DNA from: Vitrella brassicaformis CCMP3155
Lineage: Eukaryota > Protista > Chromerida
Direction: 5' to 3'
Length of the DNA stretch: 64,000 nt
Assembly (NCBI GenBank): GCA_001179505.1
Contig: CDMY01000635.1
Span: forward strand, 62,001-126,000
Every line of letters starts with the position of its first letter. Position 1 is the stretch's first letter. The notes below the pieces were generated by a model that searched no databases, was not told the DNA's origin, and worked only from the letters and a program-made list of their open reading frames with translations. The position numbers were made by a program, and so were the translations under genes. Positions 26,673 through 44,140 of the stretch are shown piece by piece.

Positions 26673-27680
26673 ATGGGTGGCTGGGAGTGGCGCCTGTTCC
26701 TGAGTGAGGGCTTGAGGAACTTCTCATTCATCAAAGACCCACAGCTGCGCGGCCTGTGCGAGGAGATCTTACTCACTGCTGCATCTGCATCATCCCCAGC
26801 GGCTGCAGCAGGCACCTCACCGCTGCCGATTCTCGTGCAAGAGGAGCGGGCGGATGTCTATCTGGTCAGCAGTGATGAGGCTGTCGGGGCCAAGTGGAGA
26901 AACGAGACCGACTTCGAGGTCAAAGTGTGGAGGAAGAGTATCATCGACAGCAAGCGAGTCAAACCAGCTGAGCTCCAGCGGACGGCGAATGACTCTGTGG
27001 GCGGGATCAGCATCACTCCCTCATCATTCCTTCACCTGCAGAAGTGGAAGAAGCGACGCTACCCGGCCGCACACTCGTGGCAAGCGGCGATTCAACTGCT
27101 GGAGCGCGCTGAGGGCAAGGAGAATGACTCGTCTTCCTCTGAGGACTCAGACACAAACCTCGACCGCCCTTCCGCCTACCTCCTGCCATCCGCTCCTTCT
27201 GCAGACACATCACAACCTGCACCAGAGCCACCACCGGCAGCAGCAGCGGCGGCGGCGGCGGCGGCGGCGGCCAGCCCGGCTGTGGGTCGCCCTGCCCGCT
27301 TCCGGCCAGTCGAGGTGACCAAGACAGTGCGGAAGGTGGGCATCAGGAAGAAGGTGTGTGCTGAGGTCTCGAGGCTGCGGCTGGAGGAGCTGGAGGCAGC
27401 GAAGCGGTCCGGCCAGGCAGCCACCATCTGTGTGGAGGGGAAGAAGAGGCATGTGCTGGCGTATCTGCGAGAGGCCATCGACTGCACGAAGCTGCATGAG
27501 ATGGCTCAAGGGGGCGGGGCGTCACGACCAGATGAGAAGCTTTTGACCGTGGTGTTGCCTTATCGGCCGGGTGGCGTGGTCGACAAGGGCGAGGGCAAGG
27601 AAGAGCAGGAGATAAAGTGGCTAGTGGTGGGAGGGTATCCAACGCTCTTGAGCTGGTGGCTGGTGACTGTTGCTTCCTGA
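26673..27680 (+). CDS. Intronless CYTH/triphosphate-tunnel-like protein (tentative)
   Basis: 335-codon ORF; 'GWEWRLF', 'EERADVYLVS..VGAKWRNETDFEVK', 'VEVTKTVRK', 'TICVEG' follow the beta-strand pattern of CYTH-like folds; Ala/Pro-rich insert. Confidence 0.5.
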   Translation: MGGWEWRLFLSEGLRNFSFIKDPQLRGLCEEILLTAASASSPAAAAGTSPLPILVQEERADVYLVSSDEAVGAKWRNETDFEVKVWRKSIIDSKRVKPAELQRTANDSVGGISITPSSFLHLQKWKKRRYPAAHSWQAAIQLLERAEGKENDSSSSEDSDTNLDRPSAYLLPSAPSADTSQPAPEPPPAAAAAAAAAAAASPAVGRPARFRPVEVTKTVRKVGIRKKVCAEVSRLRLEELEAAKRSGQAATICVEGKKRHVLAYLREAIDCTKLHEMAQGGGASRPDEKLLTVVLPYRPGGVVDKGEGKEEQEIKWLVVGGYPTLLSWWLVTVAS

Positions 27681-28216
27681 ATGTTGCCGTATGTGTGTGT
27701 GTTTTGGGGCGGCGACTGACAGAGTAAGACAGCGGCGCGAGAGCGACCATCCGCTCACTGCTTTGAAGTCATGTCGACCGAAAGGCGTATGTGCATACGT
27801 TCTCCTGATTTGGAAGCACTGAATGGATGGTCCCTCGATAGGACTGTTGGACTTTGGCGTCACGTTTGGTGAATGGTGCTGGTGAGTGCCCACATGGCCG
27901 CAGACAGACGTATGTGATGCAGAAGAGTCATCCATCGTGGGTGTGCTGGCCAGAATATCTTCAATCGACGGCTGAGAATAGGCACGAGTCTCAGGGAATG
28001 GATTGAATCCTTCAGGCAATGAAACTGGGGTAACCCCACTCCCCCTATGCTGCGTCGGCTGAGCGGCGATGGGCAGAGAGCGTTCTTTGCCGTTGCGGAG
28101 GGCGGAGGAAAAACGAAAGCGCGGAGCATCTTTTGCCGTCTCCGTCTCAAATTCGCCGAAAAGGAAATTTACTTCCTGGCAACGTGGTAGCGCACCCCCG
28201 CGGCAAATTAACAAAG

Positions 28217-29286
28217 ATGCATCCCGCAGGTTTTCTCCCATCCGTTGTGGCCCTACTTGCCCTTCAAGGTGGACAACTTGGAGCCAAGGACATCAACTGC
28301 AGAAATCCGCTCTTCGCGGGTCACTGGTTCTCTACGAATGAGGAGATAGGGCACCTCTCACCACAGCCGCAGACCTACGCAGATCTACTCGTCTGCCCAC
28401 AGTTCAACGGAAGGCCATCATGCTGCACACCATCCATCGCTAGCCAGCTTCGAGCTGCACTGGCCAGCTGGACACATCATCTCCAGGCGCAACTCGATGA
28501 CGCGCAGAGGTATCTGCTGGCGTTGAGAGAGATCCGCAAGACCCAGGCCTTCAACAATACGGCAACGGACGAGAAGGCTCACTTCGATGAGGCCATGGAT
28601 GCGGTCTGCAGTGTGTTCAAGAGCCACCAGCGGTGCTTTGACGGCATTCTGGAGGTTACGAGCGGCCTGCTGTGCTTCGCCTGTGCGCCTGACTGGAAGC
28701 GATACGTCGGCGTGGAGAAGAAAAGTGGCGGCATTGCAATGGTGTCCATCTCGGAGAGCAGCTGCGGCCATTTGTGGATGCAATGCCGCGACATGGGGCT
28801 GGCCAGCAAGCGGCTGCTCGATAAGGTGCTTGACTCACACCTGACGCGCCGAGTGGCGGTGCCGCTGCCGCAGCTGGACGCATTCCAGGTGGGCTGGGGA
28901 TCGAGGGGGGCGGGATATATAACACAAACCAACCCGCGGGATGCCTCTGTCTGTTTTCCCTTGTCTTTCTTGGTGCATGTATGCAGGATGAGGAGCTGCT
29001 GTGCAAGTACGCTATGAACGTGATAGCCCTCCGTCCCTTCCTCTTCACCTCCCTACACGCCCCCATCTTCACCAAGTCGCACATCGACATGCATCCAGAC
29101 AAGGAGGTCCTCATGCCCCACAGCGACTGGGATGCAGTCAACGAGGGCCGACAGTCTCAGCTGCCCACTCGGTTCCGTGTGCAGAGAGAGGGGGCTGACT
29201 CGAGCGGCAGCAAGCATCCCTACCAGGCGACACTCGACATCTGTCGCAAGAAGGGCAAAGTAGTGCAGGAAAACATATGGATGTAA
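28217..29286 (+). CDS. Secreted Cys-rich folate-receptor/NPC1-N-like domain protein, 2 exons
   Basis: Signal peptide 'MHPAGFLPSVVALLALQGGQLGA'; Cys pattern 'CPQFNGRPSCCT', 'LLCFACAPDW', 'SCGHLWMQC'. Intron ~28888-28986. Stop at 29286 overlaps a possible GTAAGT donor, so the 3' end is uncertain. Confidence 0.65.
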
Positions 29287-29838
29287 GTAAAAGCGTGCTG
29301 ACTGAGGACAGACAGGTGCGTGTTTCATTCCTGCGTATGCATGTGCTGAGATAGATGGCTCGCTAGCTTAAGACTCGAACGAACTTGTTTTTGCATTCAA
29401 CGGTTGACTGACAACGTACATGACATGACATGAATGGCCGCTCAATCAACTCAACCATACTCACGTGCGGTGCGGTTGGCCATTCAGCGCTAAAGTCGCA
29501 TTGTATGTATCTACACACATGGCTGGCTGGCTGCGGGGCTGCTGCGCTGTGCCCCCATACTACAAACTTGCTGCTGGATGGACGGATGGCTGACTGACTG
29601 AAAATGACACACACCGTCCTCTCCCCCCTCCCCCTCACCCACAAGACGGCAAAAACGTCCGTCCGCCCCTTCCCCTGCCTGCGACGACGCAACCAACATA
29701 TAGACACGGCCGACTGACAGGACGCAGACAGACCACTCACTGTACAGACAGACAGACATATATGTGGTTATGTATACGCTCTACCTACCCTGACTTGACT
29801 CCTGACTCGGTACTCCACATTGCTACGATCGTCATGAG

Positions 29839-31093
29839 TTAGTTGCCGAGTATCCGCCTCAGCTGTCTCTTCTGCCTCTCCGTCAGCGAAGAAGGAAAAA
29901 CAATGTCAAAATAGATGACCAGGTTGCCGCGCTGGCCATCCAGATCTCGAATTGGAAACCCCTTGCTGCAGTGCACCAGCCACACACGCATCCATCAAGC
30001 CTGGCGTGAGCTGGCTGGGACGGCAGCTCTATCCTTCTGACTTACCCATGCACAACGTGTAAATCGCCCTGTCGTGTGATGCTATTGAGCCTGACCGTGA
30101 TGGGCGAGCCGTCTAATCCCTTGACGCTGATGCTGCCGCCCGCGAGAGCGATGGAGAGGGGAATGCTCACGGTGGTGTGGACGTCTGAGTCGTCGACAAG
30201 CTTATAGTCGGGATGCTCTGCCGCACGGACGACCATGATGATATCATTGTAGGGCTGGTTGGCGCCGATCTGGTCACCTTGACCTGCCAACACGAGGGCA
30301 ACGAGCACATTGACATGTAAGGGTCAATCTCATTTGGTGTCGACGAGCGAAAGTGGGCTCACCAGGAAAGCGAAACTCGGCGCCTGGCAGTGTGCCTGAC
30401 GTACAGCACAGCACACCATACGATATCACTGTGTGTGTGAGAGCACAGCTGGGGGGCTGGCTGTGTCACATACATACCTGGTGGTATCGTCAGGTTGATC
30501 GTGACCCGCTGCATCCGAGGCTGTATGGCCGTCGGCGAGAACCGTGACACCTCGACGTCGATAGCCCTCGTGGTGCCCTTGTAAAGCTCCTCGAGCGATA
30601 CATCGACCTCCAGAGAAGTTGAGCGTCGGTTACCGAGACCCAACCGCAGCAGGTCTTGGGCCATCAGGGAGGCTGCCACAGCCCGCTGATACATCGGCCG
30701 CCGCATCGACGGTCTAAAACCATTGCTGGCCGTGGCTGTGAGGAAGGGCCGGTAGAGGTGCCGATTGTTGCTTACGTACACGGAGCCATTCAGGAAAGAG
30801 GGCCGGAAAAGCTCCAGATCTTCGATATGTCTTTCCACAGCAAAGGCCCTCTCTGCGTCGTACTGCCTTCTTCGCACTGGATCTGCCAGAATGGCATACG
30901 CTTGAGTGAGCTGTCCATCCGACATGGCCTCGGGCGGCAGCTGGCGAGCGATTCGGCGAAAAGCACGCTTGATGTCGTTTTGGGAGGCTGAAGGGTCCAC
31001 GCCTAGCAGCGAGTAGAGGCTGTTGTCATCCGGAAGCTGAGCTGCGTAACTCATGAGCAACAGACCCACGAAAAGATGGCATCTCGCCTCCAT
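29839..31093 (-). CDS. Signal-peptide DnaJ class B (ERdj3-like) protein with a degenerate J-domain lacking HPD, multi-exon
   Basis: 'SLYSLLGVDPSASQNDIKRAFRRIARQLPPEAMSDGQLTQAYAILADPVRRRQYD'; DnaJ C-terminal motifs 'LEVDVSLEELYKG', 'IPPG', 'GQGDQ', 'IPLSIALAGG', last exon 'KGFPI..RGNLVIYFDIVFPSSLTERQKRQLRRIL*'. Confidence 0.85.
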
Positions 31094-31284
31094 GACGACC
31101 AAACACCCAGAAACCGCAGATGCAGAGAGAGCTATGCACTTGTCAGGCAGAGACCATAGGCGGCTCGGGAACACTCCTTGGACGACTAAGCTCGCAGACG
31201 GAATGCGAGCTGGCTGAATCAGACACCGATTGTAGAGGACGAGCCTATGGGTTGATAGCGGAAGCCTAGGAATCTGCCAGATCG
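31094..31284. promoter_or_regulatory. Bidirectional promoter spacer with an inverted motif pair AGCTCGCA(31189-31196)-N7-TGCGAGCT(31204-31211)
   Basis: Perfect 8-bp inverted repeat of the recurrent motif between two divergent ATGs. Confidence 0.65.
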
Positions 31285-38099
<6,815 letters not shown>

Positions 38100-38484
38100 C
38101 TCACTGACTGACTGACTGATGAGAGAGGCCGCGCCGGAAGAGTGTTGGTAGATCAACTGAGAGAGTGATGTATGTTGTGCGGAGGGCGGCAGCATTTTCG
38201 GCCGTACACACCAGTGGTTGCATACCCATGCAGACAGACAGACACAGACGCTTTATCGATTCGTGAGCTCCACACGTGAAATAATCTCACTCGTTATTCC
38301 ATCCAGACAGCAACCAACGTACACAAATGACGGACTGACATGCACAGGTCCGAGCCAGCAAGCTGTCCATGCAGCAAGGAAGACAGTCACATCCTGCCCA
38401 ACTAAACTAGTATACACCGACTGCGCAGACCAGACTGGCGGCAAGGCAATGTACTGATACATCTAGACAGACCGAAACCATCCC

Positions 38485-39148
38485 TCAGTGCTTCTTGAGC
38501 TTCTTCCAGTGGAGGTAGCCGACTATCAGAGTGCCAGTCAGACATAACTGAACACACACGCACACACCACAAAACCAGCACACTCAGCAATCGATGGGCC
38601 AGGCCATGACGCGTAACGGCGAGTGCAGTGCAGTGCAGTGCAGTGCAGTGCACCAGTGCTGTTCCCGTACCAGTAGGGTAACTCCACAGCCGATGATAAT
38701 GGCCTTGTCGATGGCCGGAGGTTCTCTCATGGCACCAAGGTGCTTTATCAGCATGTCGACGCCTTGCGGGCCGTAGGCCACGACAGTCACCTCGTCCTTG
38801 GTGATGTCCCGCCAGCCCTCGCCTGCCTTGTAGCCGACCAGAGGAAATGCAAAGTCCTGAGGCAGGCAGATAGATGCATGCTCAGCGAATGAATGACTGG
38901 TCTCGTGACTGGTCTGCAGTGCACACTGCTACCTCGTTTGTGAAGCCTTGTTTGTAGTAGGCGTCGCTCATCCTTATCATCTGTGGCAGACCCAGCGTCG
39001 GCTCGTCTGAGCTGCAGACCACCACCATTGCCCTCCCTCCCCTGGCTTGGCGGATGACCTGCACCATCTGCTTGCCCACCGCCTCTGCATTGCCGCCCTT
39101 GCCAACCTCCCAGGCGACGAAATAGGTCCCCTTTGAGGTCACAGACAT
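38485..39148 (-). CDS. Small tail-anchored membrane protein of unknown function (~150 aa, 3 exons)
   Basis: Spliced frame MSVTSKGTYFVAWE...GFTNE|DFAFPLVGY...IIIGCGVTLL|LCLTGTLIVGYLHWKKLKKH*; one C-terminal hydrophobic helix followed by a basic tail. Confidence 0.65.
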
Positions 39149-39370
39149 GGTGTATTATCCGCACGGACGACTTGCTCTAGCCCGATTATGCGAGCTAGAC
39201 CAAACCCTAAACCCTAAACCCTTGCGAGCTACGGAGTAACGGCAAGTCCTTCCCTCCTGCGCGTGTCCAGACCACCTGGGGTGTATGTTGTTTCCTCTTC
39301 TCGATACTGAACGCGTCAGCGCGGTCAAGGCCGAGAGGGCGAGGAGAACAGATCAGCTTCCTCCCAGAAG
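39149..39370. promoter_or_regulatory. Bidirectional promoter spacer: TGCGAGCTA (39189-39197) - (AAACCCT)3 - TGCGAGCTA (39223-39231)
   Basis: Two motif copies bracket a telomere-type trimer, read directly from the sequence. Confidence 0.65.
39202..39222. repeat. Interstitial telomere-type repeat (AAACCCT)3 (TTTAGGG type)
   Basis: Sequence aaaccctaaaccctaaaccct. Confidence 0.85.
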
Positions 39371-41553
39371 ATGCCGAGCAAGAACACGAGCAAGACCAAG
39401 AGCAAGAAGCCAAGAGGAGGCCAGAAGGCTCCCCCTCCTCCAGCTGTGGCGGTTGTCAAGACCGCGCACGAGCGAGAGCCACCAGTGAGGCGACAAAGCT
39501 CCAGAAGGCTCAAGAAGGACGAAGAAGGTCAGTCCGAAGACTCTGAGGAGCATAGCGAGTCATGTTTGCAGGCCTCTTGCGTGTGGTGTGTGTGTGTGTG
39601 TGTGTGTGTCTGTGTCATCAGAGCTTAACCTTGATGTTGCGGCGGGGGAGTTGCTATCCTCTCTCCCCTCCGCGGAGCACATCAGCTGGGAGCTGTCGAT
39701 GCCCCAGTGGGTGGTCAAGCTGCCCACGCGGACGGTGTCCACCCCCCGCTCCAACCCAGGCACCTCCATCGCTTTTATCGTCGCGGCGGGCTCCCTCGAG
39801 AGTCTGAAGACACAGCTACAGGAGGCAGTGGCAGCCAGGGACAACTATTGGCCAACCAAGGCACCGCAACCACCGGAGGAGCCGGCGGTCACCGAGGTGC
39901 CGCCAACCGCCGAGGAGGCGACACCACCACCACCAGCCGCCCCTGACAACGGCCGGGCCAGAGGCGCGAAGCGCAAGGCCCGCAACAACACCGACAATGC
40001 GGCAGCGATGAGAGGTCGCATCTCTCCACGGCGGACACGCAAGAGTGCCAGTGGTGGATCTGCAACCTCACTGCCTCCAGCTGCCCCAGCTGACCATCCT
40101 GACGCTGACCCGCCCGTCCCCCCTCCCCCTGCCAGTCCCCCCTCTCACTCTCCCCCNNNNNNNNNNNNNNNNNNNNNNNNNNNNNNNNNNNNNNNNNNNN
40201 NNNNNNNNNNNNNNNNNNNNNNNNNNNNNNNNNNNNNNNNNNNNNNNNNNNNNNNNNNNNNNNNNNNNNNNNNNNNNNNNNNNNNNNNNNNNNNNNNNNN
40301 NNNNNNNNNNNNNNNNNNNNNNNNNNNNNNNNNNNNNNNNNNNNNNNNNNNNNNNNNNNNNNNNNNNNNNNNNNNNNNNNNNNNNNNNNNNNNNNNNNNN
40401 NNNNNNNNNNNNNNNNNNNNNNNNNNNNNNNNNNNNNNNNNNNNNNNNNNNNNNNNCCATCCTGACGCTGACCCGCCCGTCCCCCCTCCCCCTGCCAGTC
40501 CCCCCTCTCACTCTCCCCCCTCTCTCCCTCTTACTTTGAAGCTGTCGCCACGTGACGACGACAAGGCCGTCGAGCCACCACAGAAGAAGATGCGGCAAGA
40601 GAGCGACCAGACACACGCCAGCGAGACCATGTCCATGTCCCTCGACCACCTGACGCTGCCCACCACACCGGAGGGCAACTGCGGCATGGGAGGAGTGCCC
40701 CAGGGCGCCCAGTCCAACGCACCCAGCTCCTCAAGCGCCGCATCCACTTCTTCAGTCGTGTGTGGTCAATCTCTCTTCCCGCCTCGGGCCCCTCCTACTC
40801 CCTCCCTCCCAGCACCCTGTGTCCCCTGCTATGAGTCGGACGGCGAGAGCGATGACGAGACTGACAGCGAGAGGGCTGTCGAGCCAGCGCTGCCCGGCCT
40901 GCGGCATTTGCGGGAGGCGCTGGACATCTTGCGTCATGCCGTGGGTGGTGGTGGGGATAATGGGTGGGGCGACAAGTATGTTCGTGTGCGGGTGCGAGAG
41001 CAGTATTTTCTTGATCTGGTGCTGCCTGGTGTGGCTGTGGAGCAATTCGAGTTTGACCCTTGTAGCAAGAAGGCCGCCGACCAGGTGCTGAGGAACGTCC
41101 TCTGGAAGCGAAACGAGATACTCAAAGGTAGGGTACCCACACACAGACACACCACACACCACACACACGCGACCTGTGCGGATACCGCCAGAACTCATTG
41201 CTTCTTGCCCCTTCGTGTGTGTGTGTGTGTGTGTCAGCACGTTTGATCTGGAAGGACCGAGTGCTGGATCGGCTTCAGCGCGAGAACCCTCAGTGGCCCG
41301 TGAGCTCCTTGATCCGCTACGACACGCAGCGGCACGTATTCACGTTCCAACCTCCTGGGCGAGAGTCGCCCATTTTCGAGGTCAGCACACAAACCACACA
41401 CACAAAACACACACAGAGCAGCATTGGGTGTACTGTACGTGTGTTGGTCGGTCGACGCAGGCCATTCTGGGTGAGACGGAGAAACTGTTTCTTGACGCGG
41501 CTGAGAAGGCCCTGCAGAAGTACAGGCGGCAAAGCGGCACCTGGCTGTCGTGA
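39371..41553 (+). CDS. Probable nuclear protein with Lys-rich N-terminus, Pro-rich linker and two possible degenerate AP2-like domains; multi-exon; spans the gap at 40157-40456
   Basis: Exon 1 MPSKNTSKTKSKKPR..., long exon ~39621-41127, then short exons ~41238-41380 and 41461-41553 with GT-AG ends. The domain call is tentative. Confidence 0.6.
40094..40519. other. Scaffold gap (40157-40456) flanked by a duplicated 63-nt segment (40094-40156 = 40457-40519); probable assembly artefact
   Basis: The same ccatcctgacgctgacc...ctctccccc segment lies on both sides of a fixed-length 300-N gap. Confidence 0.8.
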
Positions 41554-43385
41554 TGGACAAATGGAAGAGACTGAGACAGGCCGTATGTAGTGCATGCATG
41601 GGTGGGTGGTGCAATTGGATTGGATTGAATGGCTGAATTATGACCCATCCATCCACTCAGGTGCGTGCGTATTCTGCTTGGTGGTGATGGGAGGGAGAGG
41701 GGGGTGGATGGATGGATGACGTGACGTCATACACACACATACATCGATGGCACCGCACCGCACCGCACCCGACAGACAAGACAAGGCTCATTTCATTAAT
41801 CCTGGATGATGGATGCACTCCGTTCTTCTTCTTCTTCTCTATTCCAATGGTTGGTGGTGAGCTGCTCATCATGAGTCTGCTGTGCAGGGTCCAGCTGACA
41901 GCTGAGAAGTGTTGTCGGTCTGTCCCTCATCGACAGCCTCCATGTGAGCGGCCCACATCACATCGATATGGCGACGTACAGACATACAAACAGACAGGCA
42001 GGCCGAGATGGGGGGAGTGAGGGAGGGAGGTGGGGTAGCTGAGTGGTGGTAATTACAGGGGCCTGGCTCAGGCCGTCAGGTAGGGTGGGTATACTGCTGA
42101 GGGGGAGGGCAGGGGTACAGGAGGGAGGGGGGGACATGTGGACAACACACACATACTTAGGTAGGTAGGTAGGTAGGTAGGCAGGCAGGTACGCCTGTAC
42201 TTACTGCGAAGGGTCGCTTCGTTGGTTGGTCAATCTGAAGGGAAGGCCTGCAGGACAGGCCAGGATGGGGGGGGCCTCGTTGCACACGCGTACACTGACT
42301 GACTGACTGACTGCCTGGGCGTGTCGTGGCGTTCGTGGGGTTTCTCTTGTCTGTAGACTACCAGCGGACTTCCCTTCCCTTCCCTTACACACACAGCCAC
42401 ACAACCAAATACTCACGCACGTTATACGTATCAACAGACACAGACAGTATCTAATCTATGGATCATAATGCTCGCGCAGAATTGAGTGCTCTCTCTCTCT
42501 CCTGAGCTCCTGCCTCTTCTGTGCTGGCTGGCTGGTATGCGTCCATCGCTGCGTATGTGCCCAGGTGCCTGGGTGGGTGGATGGATGTGTAATGCTCTCT
42601 GAGTGAATGCATGACTGAACGAACACACAGGGTGGGGACACCTACATGAAGGGATGGACGGATGTGTGTGGTGTGTGAGGGACTCTTTGTGTTGTGAATG
42701 GTGGCTCTTTTATGTGCGCGTGTGCCCGGGTGTGGTGTTGGTGTGTGTCAGGGCCCCAGGAGACTTTCATATCTTGTCCTCCCCGCCCACCATGACACAC
42801 ACGACCATGCTCGGGAACTCTTTAATCAATCAATCGACCGCTCATTCATTCATTGAGTCCATGATCGTTGATCATCACACGGCCGCAGTGGGTGGTCTCA
42901 AAAAGTGTCCTCCGAGGCACAATGGATGGATGGATGCGAAGCGCGTCTGTCCGCTGCTCACACGCCTCTCTCATGTGCTGGCATGAAAATCGGCCGGCCA
43001 CCTGTTCCTGTCTTGATTGATCTATCGGTCAGTCGGTCTCAGATTGCACAGCAGACAGACAACCTCTCCCAACCAATCCACGCGTCTGTATGTGTGTGTG
43101 CGGGCATGCAAAGAGAGACAAGGCAGTCATGTAGCTAGCTAGGCTAAACAAAATGAATTCATCGACAGGTGGACGGATGGATAGACACAATGATGGCGGT
43201 GGGTGTGTGGGCGTGTGCGTGTGGGCGTGACGTCACCTCTAATCGTACCTCGTGGCTCAATACAACCGCCCGCCCAACCAGATGCGACACACACGCCAAA
43301 AAATGGAATGACCATCACGGACGGCATCAAAACAGCCCCTGCCTGACACAGCCGGCCGCTGGTGCTGTCAGGTACGTGCCGCCAT

Positions 43386-43433
43386 GCTCTCTCCTTCGTG
43401 TGGGCCCTGGCTCTCTCCTTCGTGTGGGCCCTG
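43386..43433. repeat. Tandem duplication of a 24-nt unit (GCTCTCTCCTTCGTGTGGGCCCTG)x2
   Basis: Units at 43386-43409 and 43410-43433, abutting the hairpin. Confidence 0.9.
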
Positions 43434-43530
43434 GCTATCAGAGTCGCAACGCTATCAGGGTGGTTTCCGTTCATCGCCGCTGAGAGCGATGAACGGACAC
43501 CACCCTGATAGCGTTTTGACTCTGATAGCC
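43433..43530. other. Long inverted repeat/hairpin (45-nt arms, 8-nt loop); candidate structured ncRNA, pre-miRNA-like precursor or foldback element
   Basis: Left arm 43433-43477 is the reverse complement of right arm 43486-43530 at 42 of 45 positions. Confidence 0.8.
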
Positions 43531-44140
43531 CACCTTGGGTGGTTTGGGCCACCCGCATGTTGTGTTAGGACAAACGTAAGATGAGGGCAGGATGCAGGTG
43601 TGATGTGGCTCTCTCTCTCTCTTCCTGTGTGATGTGGCAAAGTGTCCTCTGTGGCGCCTTGTTTGGTGTCTTGTGTCCGCGTACATCGACGAGCAGTGAT
43701 ACACCGACATCTGCGTCAACGCAGATATTTGACGCAGATATCTCTGTGTCGCTGCCCCTCGACGAACGACGGACACGAGACGCCCAGAACGTCACCACGG
43801 TGCAAAAGGCATCACTCTCTCTCTCTCTCTCTCTCTCCAGCATCGACAAGCCGCTTGAGTTGCATCCCAACCATCCATCCATCCATCAATCCATCGCACT
43901 CACTCAGCTATCTATCTATAGTACAAAGCAGTCCGTCAGTCTGTCAGCAAATGCAGCCACTTCCGGCCAGCCGGGCAGCCAGGCCCCTCACTAGCCCTCG
44001 TACTTCCACAACATACCATACACCGACAACATCATTAACACACCACACCACACCACACACCCATGCACAAAACAGGCATTCAGCCCACAACACAAACCAC
44101 CTTCAGCCAGCCAACCACCTTCGGCCAGCCAGTGCGTCAG

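Noticed and set aside
27621-28241. 206-codon minus-strand ORF between the CYTH-like and folate-receptor-like genes
   Set aside because: No recognisable motif or splice pattern, and it overlaps the ends of both neighbours; probably UTR/promoter DNA.
40094-40519. Apparent 63-nt tandem duplication in the Pro-rich linker
   Set aside because: The copies sit exactly on either side of a fixed 300-N gap; most likely overlapping contig ends.
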